In this document: one piece after another, positions 51,799 to 62,933 of the stretch
Position numbering within the stretch: the stretch's first letter is position 1
Layout: each line of letters starts with the position of its first letter
Origin: Utricularia gibba
Taxonomy: Eukaryota > Plantae > Magnoliophyta
Direction of reading: 5' to 3'
NCBI GenBank assembly: GCA_002189035.1
Contig: CM007991.1
Span: 1,798,001-1,862,000 of the forward strand
DNA: 64,000 nt
Position numbers and translations under genes: made by a program
The notes under the pieces: generated by a model
Told to the model about the DNA's origin: nothing
The model's database searches: none
The model's input: the letters and a program-made list of their open reading frames with translations, nothing else

Positions 51799-53960
51799 CA
51801 ATATCACGAAGCAGTGTCCTCAGCAAATCCCTTCTCTTCCAAATAGAGATCAGGAGCTCCAGAAATCCAAAATGTAGAAATACGAGTAAACCAGAAGTAG
51901 ATGAGAATGTAAAACAGAAATCTTCAACAACCCAGAAGAAAACAAGGAAATCCCGCAACCACCAGGAAAGAACTTCCGCTTTTTGTTTCCCCTTTTTATG
52001 TCTCTTCAAACGCGAGCAAGAAAACAGCTTAATTCACGCTCAAAGGATAAGAGCCTCAAAAGTGTAAAAGGGTATCGAAGTATTCTCCGGGCTCACCCTC
52101 TCTAGTCTCCTCCACTCCCCAGAATCATACATAAAATCGTGCAGCCAAAAAACCCCAAAATGAGTGCTGCTTCTCAGACCTAGAAGGCTTAGATCTGGCT
52201 AAAGTGAGGATTAAAAGCTGGCCCTTCCATCTTTTCTTTCACGATCTCGGGCTTACTTTGCAAAATCCATTGGTGCAAAAAGGTACAGGAATCTTTCAAC
52301 AAAACTTCGATAAAAAAACAAAATGGGGCGATCAAATTTCCTCCAATTGTAACCTAAGCACACAAGAAACACCCTCGAGTTTCTTTTTTCCCCAATTGCA
52401 CCACAAATTCACGAAAAAAAAAACTCTCAAAAGTCATGGGAGAGGGAGTTCTTGGAAAAGAAATCCCGTTGAACGGAGAAGACTTGGGCTCTCACTTCTC
52501 AGTTCTCGCCAACCATTGGCAGAAGATCCAAAACTCAAAGCGACCATGAGGTGTTGTGGAATTATTCCTTTCGTACAGTAGACTCCATAGAGTAGAGCTT
52601 CAAGAGTGATTAACTTAATTAAACCCTAATTAATTATTCATTTCCTTGCCCACTCCAACTACGTGGTGGACTTGCCACTAGATGTCTTCTGGAACAAAAA
52701 TTAATAGTCACAATTGAATTAATTAACCCTATTATTAATAAAAAATGTATATACATATTTAATAATCCCTAATAATCCAAATTTAGAATTATTTTGGAAA
52801 ATTCCCATTATGGCTAATTGCGATAGGGGAGGCTAAAATTAGAAAGTGGGGAGTGGAGGCGCGTGATCCGACGATAGTATGCTTAGAAGCGATGGAGTAG
52901 GCGTAGGCGGCGGTCGGGGATCGGACTCCGTCGGAGGGGCAGTAGCAATTACAATTACAGAGGCAACGCAAATAAATTCGAAAGAGACCCACCAACAATG
53001 TTCTTACCTACACCCCACAACCAGCAACACAAACACCACATATCCTTCTTATTTTTCTCCCACTCGCTCGTCACGTCGATTCCTCAATGGAACTGCGAAG
53101 ACATCGCGACGGAATCCGTACCCAAACCTAAAATCCTCTGCGGTTTCGCTGCGAGCTTGCCTGCTGTGGATTTGCTCGCCGGTGAGGGTTGCAGGGAGAA
53201 GGGCGGCGGAATGGTACTTGGTAGGGATGTGGAATTGTTAGGGTTGGGCCGAAGCCCGATAAGAAAAAAAGATTATTGGGCCTATGGAATGCCCCGGGCC
53301 CAAGCGATACTGACTTTTCTTTTATTATACTATTTTTTTAAGGAAATTGAAGAAATTAAAAAAAATGTTGGATGAGCTACGGGGAATCCTAGATGGAGGG
53401 CTTCCGCTTCCCGATATCGCGGAGCTAGAATCGATTTGGTTGTTTTCACAGCTTTTAAATTCATGCCCAAGGACTTACAGTTCAGGTAAGATGTTTGTGT
53501 TTGAGATCGATGATGATGTTTCGGAAAGTTTCTTCATCGTGGAGCAAGTCATTTGAAAATTTCATCCGTTTTTTTGTCTTCAGTTGATAGCGATTGATGT
53601 CTGGTTTAATTTGTTATTTTTGGTTTTTGTAGTCCTGAATTTCGGTTTTTGTATTCGTTTTGACTATGATTGCTTCGTGTGATGCAATTCTCTGGAGAGT
53701 AGTGACGTCCTGTTGATTATTTAAATAGTCTTTGAATGAATGTTTTGCTAATTGGTGAATGGGATATGATTCGCGTGAACACAGAGGAGAGGGCTGGGCT
53801 TGGGGCTGATTTGAGGGCTTGAATTGAAAATTATTGATGTGGACTGCACAGGCTGAGATGAAGGCGTTACTTCAGCACGTTCCGATAGGGTGAAAACGTC
53901 TGTGGTTCTGTCCAATTTTCTAGATATTGCGCGTGTGCTGAATTTTGTCATAGGCCAATT

Positions 53961-54821
53961 ATGGAAGAGCATTTCATTCTGAGTGATGCCAGTCATTGCC
54001 GAAAGAATAGAACTATTGCCTCATCTTGTGAAGACAAGAACTTGGGTTTGTCATTTTCAGGTAACTTTGACCGAGATTCTTTTCCCGACCACGAATAATT
54101 GCTTGGTCCTGCATTCTTATTGTGAGATGTTACAATTGTTGAGTGTACTATTGATTTGCTTTATTTAGTTTCCATATTTCTTTGTTTCTTAGGATGGAAG
54201 AACTGTAGCATTTAGTTTCCATTGTTTCTTTGTTTCTCTGCATCCCTTTCAGATCTCCCCATAGTCGTCGAATCATTCAAGACATGTGGTGATAATGTTT
54301 TAATTAAAACAGCGGAAGTACGGGGCTTCCTATGAGACATATATATGGAATCCGAGAGATGGCTTCCTCTTTTCCTGGACAGATAGTAATGGTGACAGCA
54401 TCCCTGAACCCGTAGAGTATAGACATGGACTTACTCCTCCAATGAGGGATGCTCGTAGGAGAAGATTCCTCAGGGAACCAGGTTTAAATGTAAACACATG
54501 ATTCAGTTTAACTCTTCAAAGAAAAAGGGTGCTAACATGCTTAGTTATTTGAGCTCTCTGCCTGTTTTCTATGCGCAGCCAGAGATCGTCATTGGTCCTG
54601 TAGGGAGAAATTTGCAGAACTCCAGGACAGGCGCAACAGATGAGAGAACATCAATATCCTTTGTTAAGAACAGCAACATACACCCCCGCAGTGCAATGAA
54701 ATGACTTACCCCGAACGCGGGCAAGAAGGTGGCTTTAGAAACTCCACCCAAAACCAGTGCTTCTAGGTGTGGAAGACCCGCCGGTGGCAGTGATTTCTCT
54801 CAGACGGATGAATCAATGTGA
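53961..54821 (+). pseudogene. TAF7: TFIID subunit 7 (TAF7/TAFII55) decayed copy
   Basis: Recognisable blocks MEEHFIL, IAERIE, LSFS, DGR, DLPIVVESFKT..DNVLIKTA, VEYRHGLTPPMRDARRRRFLREP and ...DESM* lie in different frames. The short deletions are not in G/C runs. Confidence 0.8.
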
Positions 54822-55727
54822 AGGTGGGCAGAGCTCCATGTCTTAGTAGCCACTGATGGACGTCTTTGTTGGGTAGAAAACGGATTGGGTCCTTGCAGTG
54901 CAATGCAACTGTTACGTGTCTGTAACTTGCCTGAACCTTGACTAAAGAGGAAGTTGGCCGTACTGTTGAGTTACTTCAGCGGTGACGGAAGCCCCTTTGT
55001 CTGCAACGCAGATGCATTAATACTCGACACTACGTCATTACAGAAGTAATGATGCACAAGTCAAATATTTCTGTGGAATGAATTCGGGGTTTGGCGTTGA
55101 GTCCATGAAGAGAACGCGTTATTTCCGTGTGCCCTCCCCGACAATAAACGTATTCTGCAAGAAAAAAATGCGTTGTTGCAAGAACACAAAATTTGATTAA
55201 AAAAATCACAATTAATTCCGTGTTAAAATAAAAAAAATGAGGAGACGGCTTGCCGGACACGTTTCGCCATCTTCGGTAAGTCCGTCCGTGGATCTTGGGA
55301 GGTGCAATGCGGACAGCATCTGCAGGAAATAAGTTATTTTTGCACCTATAAATATTTCAATAATATTAACAAAAATGGGCTACGTGCGTTCAATAATCAA
55401 TTTTTGAAAAGTAAATCGTATTTTAATTTTCGAAATTAGCTCATATTTTATAAAATTAAATCCAAGAAAACGGAGCGTGCACTAAACCGACAACAACTTC
55501 TGGACTGACAGGTGTGCTCCGGCGGTGGCCTGAGAAGTCAACATGTGGGGCCTCCGGTTGAATGAAGTCGGCTTCCAAACTGCCATCTCCTGCTGGGCCG
55601 TGTGACTAGACTCAGTACTCTGATAAATCAATGCATCCCATCCTCCATCCGAAACACGCTTTTCTTCATCTTCTTGGAGTGTCAATACCACAGCACTTGT
55701 CCTCCTCTGATTGGATTCCTCCGTTGC

Positions 55728-56944
55728 ATGGCTGTTTCCTTTTCACGCTCCCTGTCAACTTGCTCAGCCACGGAGATCAATTTCGACTCCACTGGTACGG
55801 AATCCGATTACCATCTCCGCAACGACGCCGCAGTTAAGGTTGTTTGCAACTGCAAGAGCTTCAGGACGAGGACGAACCTCGCGGACTGCGTGGAGCAGAG
55901 ATGGTGGGTGGTTCTCGATTTCGCGCTGCTCCAGCGGAGCTCCGTTTCAAAATGGGCCAGAGCCAGCACCAGAGCCTCTAAAGTCGGAAAGGGGCTGTCC
56001 AGAAATGGCGGAGCTCGCAAACTCGCTCTCCAGCATTGGCACGAAGCGGTCAGTCATTCGCAGTTAACCCCATTTTTTAAATCAAACTGCTGATCTTGAT
56101 CCATCTCAACTTTTTGTGTGCTCTGAGTAGATTGATCCAAGGCATAGATATGGACACAACCTTGCCTTCTACTACCAGCAGTGGCGGAGTTCAGACAGCA
56201 AACAGCCCTTTCTGTACTGGTAATCAATCATATAATTCTGTCACACCGTGAATAAGACCTTATGAGGAAGAACTTCACAACCCCACAGGCTGGATGTTGG
56301 TGAAGGCAAAGAACTCAATCTCATTGACAAATGCCCCCGGTCAAAGCTTCAACAGCAATGCATCAAGTATCTGGGCCCCGTGAGTTTTCGACCTTCTTAG
56401 ATCCTTTCACTGACACGGCTGCTGATCTATTGACTGACAAATGGTGCAGGTTGAGCGGAAGGCGTACGAGATAGAGTTCCAAGGAGGGAAGCTTGTTTAT
56501 AGCCAGACAGGGGAGCTTCTCCACACAGCAGAAAGAGGAGGAACAGAGGGCTCTGAATCCAAATGGATATTTGTGCTGAGTACATCCAATACTCTGTACG
56601 TGGGCAAGAAGAAGAAAGGCTCGTTTCAGCACTCCAGCTTCTTGGCAGGAGGTGCTGCTTTGGCCGCAGGAAGAATAGTAGCTGAAAAAGGCATTCTTAA
56701 GGTATATACAGACACTACTCTGCCACCTGCATCTTTCTTTCTGAAGACAAGTAACCACCTACTCTGATTTGGATATTACCAGGCTGTTTGGCCTTATAGC
56801 GGCCATTACAGACCAACTAAGGAAAACTTCAATGATTTCCTGTCTTTCCTGTCGCAAAGGGGTGTGGATCTCAGTGACGTTAGGGTGGATGCTTCTGATG
56901 AAGAGGAGGGAGGAGGCGCTCATTCCAAAAACACCTCTTTCTGA
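55728..56944 (+). CDS. IQM-family calmodulin-binding protein, shortened
   Basis: Five in-frame exons: KSFRTR.NLADC, LALQHW.EA / [11 protein letters not shown] / LDVGEGK...QQCIKYLGP / [31 protein letters not shown] / [15 protein letters not shown]. Stops earlier than typical IQMs. Confidence 0.88.
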
Positions 56945-57426
56945 GGATGTGGCGCCATCTAAAGAGTGTTGGCATTCGAAGTTGCTGATGATCGAATAAT
57001 TCTTTGATGAGTGTTGACTGCGATTCTTTGATTTTTGCTGTAGTTCTTCTTTATCCACCCTGCACAGGGAAGTTCAATCTGATCACTTGGAATACACATT
57101 AAGATGAGTTCATTTCTCATACTCAAAAGAGTTTATAAATGGGACAAATCTTCATATCGACTAAGTTTTTCCTTGCTTTAATTTCCAAGGTTCATTGATC
57201 CTGTCTTTACAGTGGCAACAAGAAAAAAACTACCAACATATTGCAAGTTTTTTGTCCCGAAATGCTAAAGGGAAAAAAATGACCCTGCCCATAAAATGAA
57301 TCAGGGACCCTATGGATCAAAGATGATTCAGAACATTATACAGAACAGAAAAGTTTTGACAAGGGTTCGATACGGAATGCAAATACCAGATGAAGTTCCC
57401 CCATTCAGTATCATCACACAAATTTA

Positions 57427-58029
57427 TCATTTCCTTATAAACAACCGTTCACCTGCTTCTTCTTGGCCCTTTGCAAGGAAAGCTAAATTCTCCAGGGTTT
57501 CACTAAACTTACCGCCTCCTCCTCCTCGCCTCACCTACGTGCCAATGAACGAATGCCCTGTTCACATACATGAGATCGAACTTATGATGAACGCGTCCAA
57601 ACACTTCGGCAACCGCTGTATTGCTGCCGATCAAGCACACGCCTCACTGTACTTTTTCAATATCGAACTTGGGAACATGCTTTCTTGATCCCGTTTCGCT
57701 GAAAAATGTGCCTAAAGCATCGTGCGCCACTCCCCCAACTTAGGTATCACTGGATTACACAAACACGCAGTCGCTTCAATCCAGAACTCCAGAAGACCTC
57801 GATATCAAGATCACAGATACAATACAGAAGAACCAAATTTTCCTTCACCGGAATATGAGCAATGAAATCTAACACTACAACGCGATTTTGGAATGAAAAA
57901 AAGAACAAAGGTGTACCTAAGCATAATGGCATCGGGCTGAATGCCATGCTCGAGGTAGTAGAGCTCCCAGCATGAATTCCTGACTTGAATCCCCGCTTGC
58001 CCCATGTGAATGCCGATAATTTCTCTCAT
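57427..58029 (-). pseudogene. TUA: Alpha-tubulin pseudogene with a large internal deletion
   Basis: 113-nt exon 1 ([33 protein letters not shown]). Exon 2 reads SDT*VGGVAHDALGTFFSETGSRKHVP and runs directly into [34 protein letters not shown]...AFVHW.VGE. Two in-frame stops and a later frameshift. Confidence 0.93.
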
Positions 58030-58863
58030 TATCCCTGCCGCCGATGATTGAGAAACTGACCGAAGATTCCCGGACGTGAAAAGCACCGGCGAAAGTGATA
58101 ATTGATACACTGTTCCATGTCCGAGAAGGCCCGCCATGAGGAAGCCAACTGTACATAGGCTCCACCCACGTGACTGTACTTCCTCCGGCCCAAAATAAAT
58201 CTCCAGCCCAATCAAACAATTTTACTCACAATTTCCCAAAAAGCCCATTGGCAGTTACACAACCGATGGTGGGCGCGAGGAGGGCATACGCCATATCTCA
58301 GACTTGAAGGCGTCATTAATTATTTTTTAATATCTCGAAACTTTTTTATTTCGATTTTTTTTTTTTAACCCTAGTCTTCTTCCCTGTAAATTTCCAGTAC
58401 AGTAAAGAAAAGCAGGCTCATCATTTCAAAGGTCTACAGAAGCGGATTCACGGGTTGGCATTTGAGAAAATCCATGGATTCTGTGACTTTATGGTGCGAA
58501 GCGAAGTCTCTGAACGCTCGAGAGATTCTTCTGGGGGTTGTTTACGAGGGGTCTCCTTTCTTTAGGCGAGTTGCTATCACGTGATGGCAGAACACTGCGC
58601 AGAGCTAATTGACAAAGGAATGCGTAGAAAGACAATGACACCGTCCCGTACGGCTTCGTCTTCTCCAATGGCGAGAGGAGACATGAGGGGAAACACATCT
58701 TTTTCATTACCTTAGAACATGTTTCACCCATCAACACTCCTAACAAAACTAACACATGGGGGTGGGTGGGTGTACTGCTGATTCTTCACAGAATACACAC
58801 ATACACTCACATGGGTTGAGGATCGGATTGGTTCATTCATTCACTCGTACACCAGTAGCAAGC

Positions 58864-60952
58864 TTAGGGGCAATTGGAGTTCTGCCCAGGTCCGCCGTAG
58901 TAGAAGTAGTGACCCCAATCGCTGTTGCTTCCCGTTTGGACGTCGTAGCAGTTTGATTGCTCTGTGAATGTGCCGAGGTCCTTCGGTGATTTCAGGTTGT
59001 TGGAGCTGTCCACAATCTGAATGTTTCTGAAGTAGCTTGACTTGCCGAAGCCCTCTTCAGGGAAATGCCCACTCCCCATTTGGGTCGCCGTGTGCTCGCC
59101 GTCCGGCTCTGAGTTCACCACTTCGCCGCCCCACTCAACCATCGACGCGCTATCACCCAAGTATGAAAACAAGAACGATGGCCAGTAGCCTAGCACGTAG
59201 TTGTTGCCGAACTGCATCCACCAGTGGCCCTCCTTGGGATCCTGCAACATCGCAAGGTTCATTAAAGGCTGAGTGTAACACGGTGTTCGAGTTTCTGCAG
59301 ACTGCGCCGGTGATGGGAATTTAACCTTCCAGATAAGAATGCTGATATCATACTGCGAGTTCCTGTACGAAGAAATGGGAGAGATGCTCGCCCCATCGCG
59401 ATCTCATTGTTCACTTGGACGAAGCCAGAGCAGAGAAGATTGTAGCAGCCAGTGGCTTGGTACGCATCGCTCTGTTTATTCAAAACCAAGCAGAATACAT
59501 ATACCAGATTTGCAGATTTGTTCACATATGTATTCAAGAAGACAAGCACAACTTACTGTCCAATAAGTGAAGAGTCTCGTGTTGTTGTCTCCGTAAAGAT
59601 CCGGGCTGACCTGAAACCGTGAGCAGCATCGACTTAGAACACTTCAGAATATGCAGTGAATCAAATTCTAAACTTTCATATTCAACAGCAAATACATGCT
59701 TCAGGGAATTCACCTGCCAGCCAGCTTCAATGCTGTTAAGATCTTCGCCAAAAGAACCACCCAAGACCCAAATCTGAGACAAGCTGAACTCATTAGGCTG
59801 TTGTATTGCGGGTTCCCAGACATTAATGGTGGCTTTTGCACCGTAATACTTGTCTCCCTCGACGTACGCTATCGCATGCTGTGAAGAAACACCACACAGC
59901 AGTGAGCAAGCTTCAAACTAAGACCAAAACCAGGATCTTCAGTCCTCGCACATGTACCTGATGCCCGCTTTCGTTCACGAGGTCGGGGTCAGCAGACCTG
60001 GGCTTGGGGACACTCCTGTGCTTCTTCTTGCCGTACCTTTTGACGGAGCTTGCTCTTAGAACATCATCTTCTTTGATTCTTCTGATAGGAATTGTGTCTT
60101 CAGGGCACTTGCCATTTGCATGCCATAACTGTGTGATTGGACTTGTTGCCTCTGTAGATGCAACCGTTTTCATGTCCTCAACAAAAAGGCCTTCTGGGTG
60201 GTAACTAGGCCTCATCTGGAGACAGGGAAACACCGAAATCTTCTCAGTAAGCGACAACTTCACCATCAACGATTACCAATAAGGCAAAACTAAAGGCGGT
60301 GAAGAAATGTACCTGAACTTTGTGATCTTTAAGAAACGGATGGTCAAAAGCCGGCTGATGAGAGATGTGCACGCAGTCGATGGTATCCCCATCAGGGCTC
60401 TGTAAAATCAAAACAAAGTTGTGTGTTTGGACTACGAAAACCCAGAGAGAAGGAAGGTTAGGAAAGGATTAAGCAGCGTTCTCAAAACGGTCAAATTTGG
60501 AGAACCTGAGAACCTCAAAGGAGAGGGGTCAAATTGTCGAACGCAGAAATTGACATTACGAGAAAACCAACGACTTTGGGCACACAAAAAACCGAAAAAA
60601 GAAGAAAAGACTTCAACTTTCATCACTAACACATTCTGATACCGAAAAAATGCACGAATTCAAACAGGCATTCTCTGATATTCCAGCAATAGTTCGAAAC
60701 CCAGAGACAGATTCGCCATTCAAATAGACAGAAACGAATAGCCGAATGCCATTAACTGCACATCAAGAAGATGTGGACCTGAATCGTCTTAATTGGGCGC
60801 TTGTTCAGTCTCTTCAAGTGTTTACGAACTTCAAATTTCTGCCTGGAAGCAGAAAGCCTAGCTGCGGAAGACACCGAGACGGAGCACCACAAACACAATA
60901 ATAACACCAGCATTCTCCACCGGCGGCCATTTTCCGGGTCCGGCGCAACCAT
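58864..60952 (-). CDS. Neprosin-family protein (activation peptide + DUF239 neprosin domain; one apparent -1 frameshift)
   Basis: Signal peptide, SPDGDTIDCVHISHQPAFDHPFL, CPEDTIPIRR, NSIEAGWQV, GCYNLLCSGFVQ, GYWPSFLF, EWGGEV, TQMGSGHF, YYGGPGQNSNCP*. Adding one G at 59391-59394 restores AMGASISP. Confidence 0.94.
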
Positions 60953-62933
60953 GGTGGCTACCCCACCTACAAAACTCCTCCCTTCCAAGCGGAAAAACTC
61001 CTCCAAGCACTCGACAACACGATTTCAAATGCACCCCACGAAAGAAGCGGCAACCATAAACCCACAACTCCCCTACTTTTCTCCCCCACTTCTCAAGCGC
61101 CCTCCCCTCTTCCCAGCTTCAAGAGTGCAAATGTCGAATCCACTCCCACTTCACACATACACCCACACACTCTCTCTCTCTCCCCCCACGCTCCCTCGGC
61201 AGTGTGGTGGCGGTGGATCTGGCCCCTTAAGTGATTGCAAAAATACAAACCAAAAGAAATGGAAGCGACGAGGGGTAGAAATGGAATATTGAGAAAGTGG
61301 GAAAGTAGCGAATATGTCTCCACTGACATCCCACTGCTCCTCTGTCTCACAAAAGGCGGGCCCAACCCAATTACCACGAAATACCCATTCTACCCCTCTT
61401 CCATGGCTTCCCCTCCTCTCAGCCAGGGTAAAACGGTAACTTCCATCAATGACACCAAGAATCATTGTACGTTATTAATTCATGGAATAAATAAATACTC
61501 TTATCCCTAGATTTGGGCACATGCGCACTTTAGTCATAACGCCATTCACCAATCTTTTATTACCCCAAATTTAATAAAGGAATAATAATGGTAACTCCGT
61601 TTGTAATAAAAAAAGGCTTTGTGTGTGAATTTATGGCAGACATCAGCCTCGTCACGTCATGTGATGTCGATCCAACGTAAATTTGTTGTGTTCTTCCCTC
61701 CTACGTGATTATTTATTACAAATATAATGTAAATAAAAAAGGAGTCTGAGCACATGGGGGCGTGCTACGCTGCGGTCATGACCACCTTGATGTGACGGAC
61801 GCCTCAGGGGCTGATCATATGCAGCAGCATGTAGCAGTTGGCATCTGTTATTCACCATTTTTGTTTAAAAAGCTTTTAAATTGAATTATTTTTTAAACCC
61901 TAATTTTAATTATTTTTTAAAAAAATATATTAAATTGAAATGTGTAATAACCAATTAGGTAATTGATTCCTATTGTGATAAATGATTTTTCGATTTTAAA
62001 AAATTTCATCCCCCTTCATTAAATTGTCCAGCCCAGGTAACAAATGGACCCAGTGGCTTCGGCCCAAGGAGAAAAGGTAAGCGGTCTGGGCTTTTGATAT
62101 AAAGAAGAAGAATTAAAGAACGATAAATAATTATAATTATCTGTATTAAATTTTCAAAAATCAATGACACGTAATTAGCGATTCTAAAAAAAATTGATTT
62201 TTAAAACCTAAGGAAATATTTCTTGGATTTGAAGTGGTTACTCGTTAATTCTGAGTCATTTTCCGAATCTCCACTCAAATCTCTTGTTCCTCTTTGTCGC
62301 AATCTTTCCCAATTGATTTTCATTTCCCAAGCTCTTTGGTTTTAAATTTATAATTTAAATTTGTATTTTTGGAATATAAAGTAATAAAAATATCTTGAAA
62401 ATAATGTATTGTGAATTAGACTCCTTGGATTACCTCGTTCGAAGGGGCTATTTTTGTAAGATAATTAATATAAAAAATCCAATGTATGGAAAAAGAATAC
62501 ATTCTAAAAAAGAACTTTTTACTCAAAAAAAAAAAGAAAATTATTGTCTTTCGACGAGAAAATTATAACAATACGCGTGGGGAAAAAAAGTACGGATGAC
62601 GCGAATCGTCCAATGAAAGAATGCCACGTCGGGGGTTAGTCCGCAAATGAAACAATCTTACGGGGAAGGTGTGTGAAAACGTAGTAGTTAAGGGGGTGAG
62701 ATGCAAAAAGACGTGGTGGGAGTTGAACCACTCGACTTATATATTCAAAACCCTTGTGGAAACCCTTGGTTTTCCAATTTTCCGAAACCCAAAGCGAGAG
62801 ACTTTTGCCCTTAGGTCCTTTTGTGGCGGCTCTTTGGGCGTATCTCTATCTCTTCTCCGCTATCCATCCCTCCTGGTCTGGATTCTTCTTCTCTATCGCG
62901 GACTCGTCTGCGTTGAAGCACACCTCGGTAATC

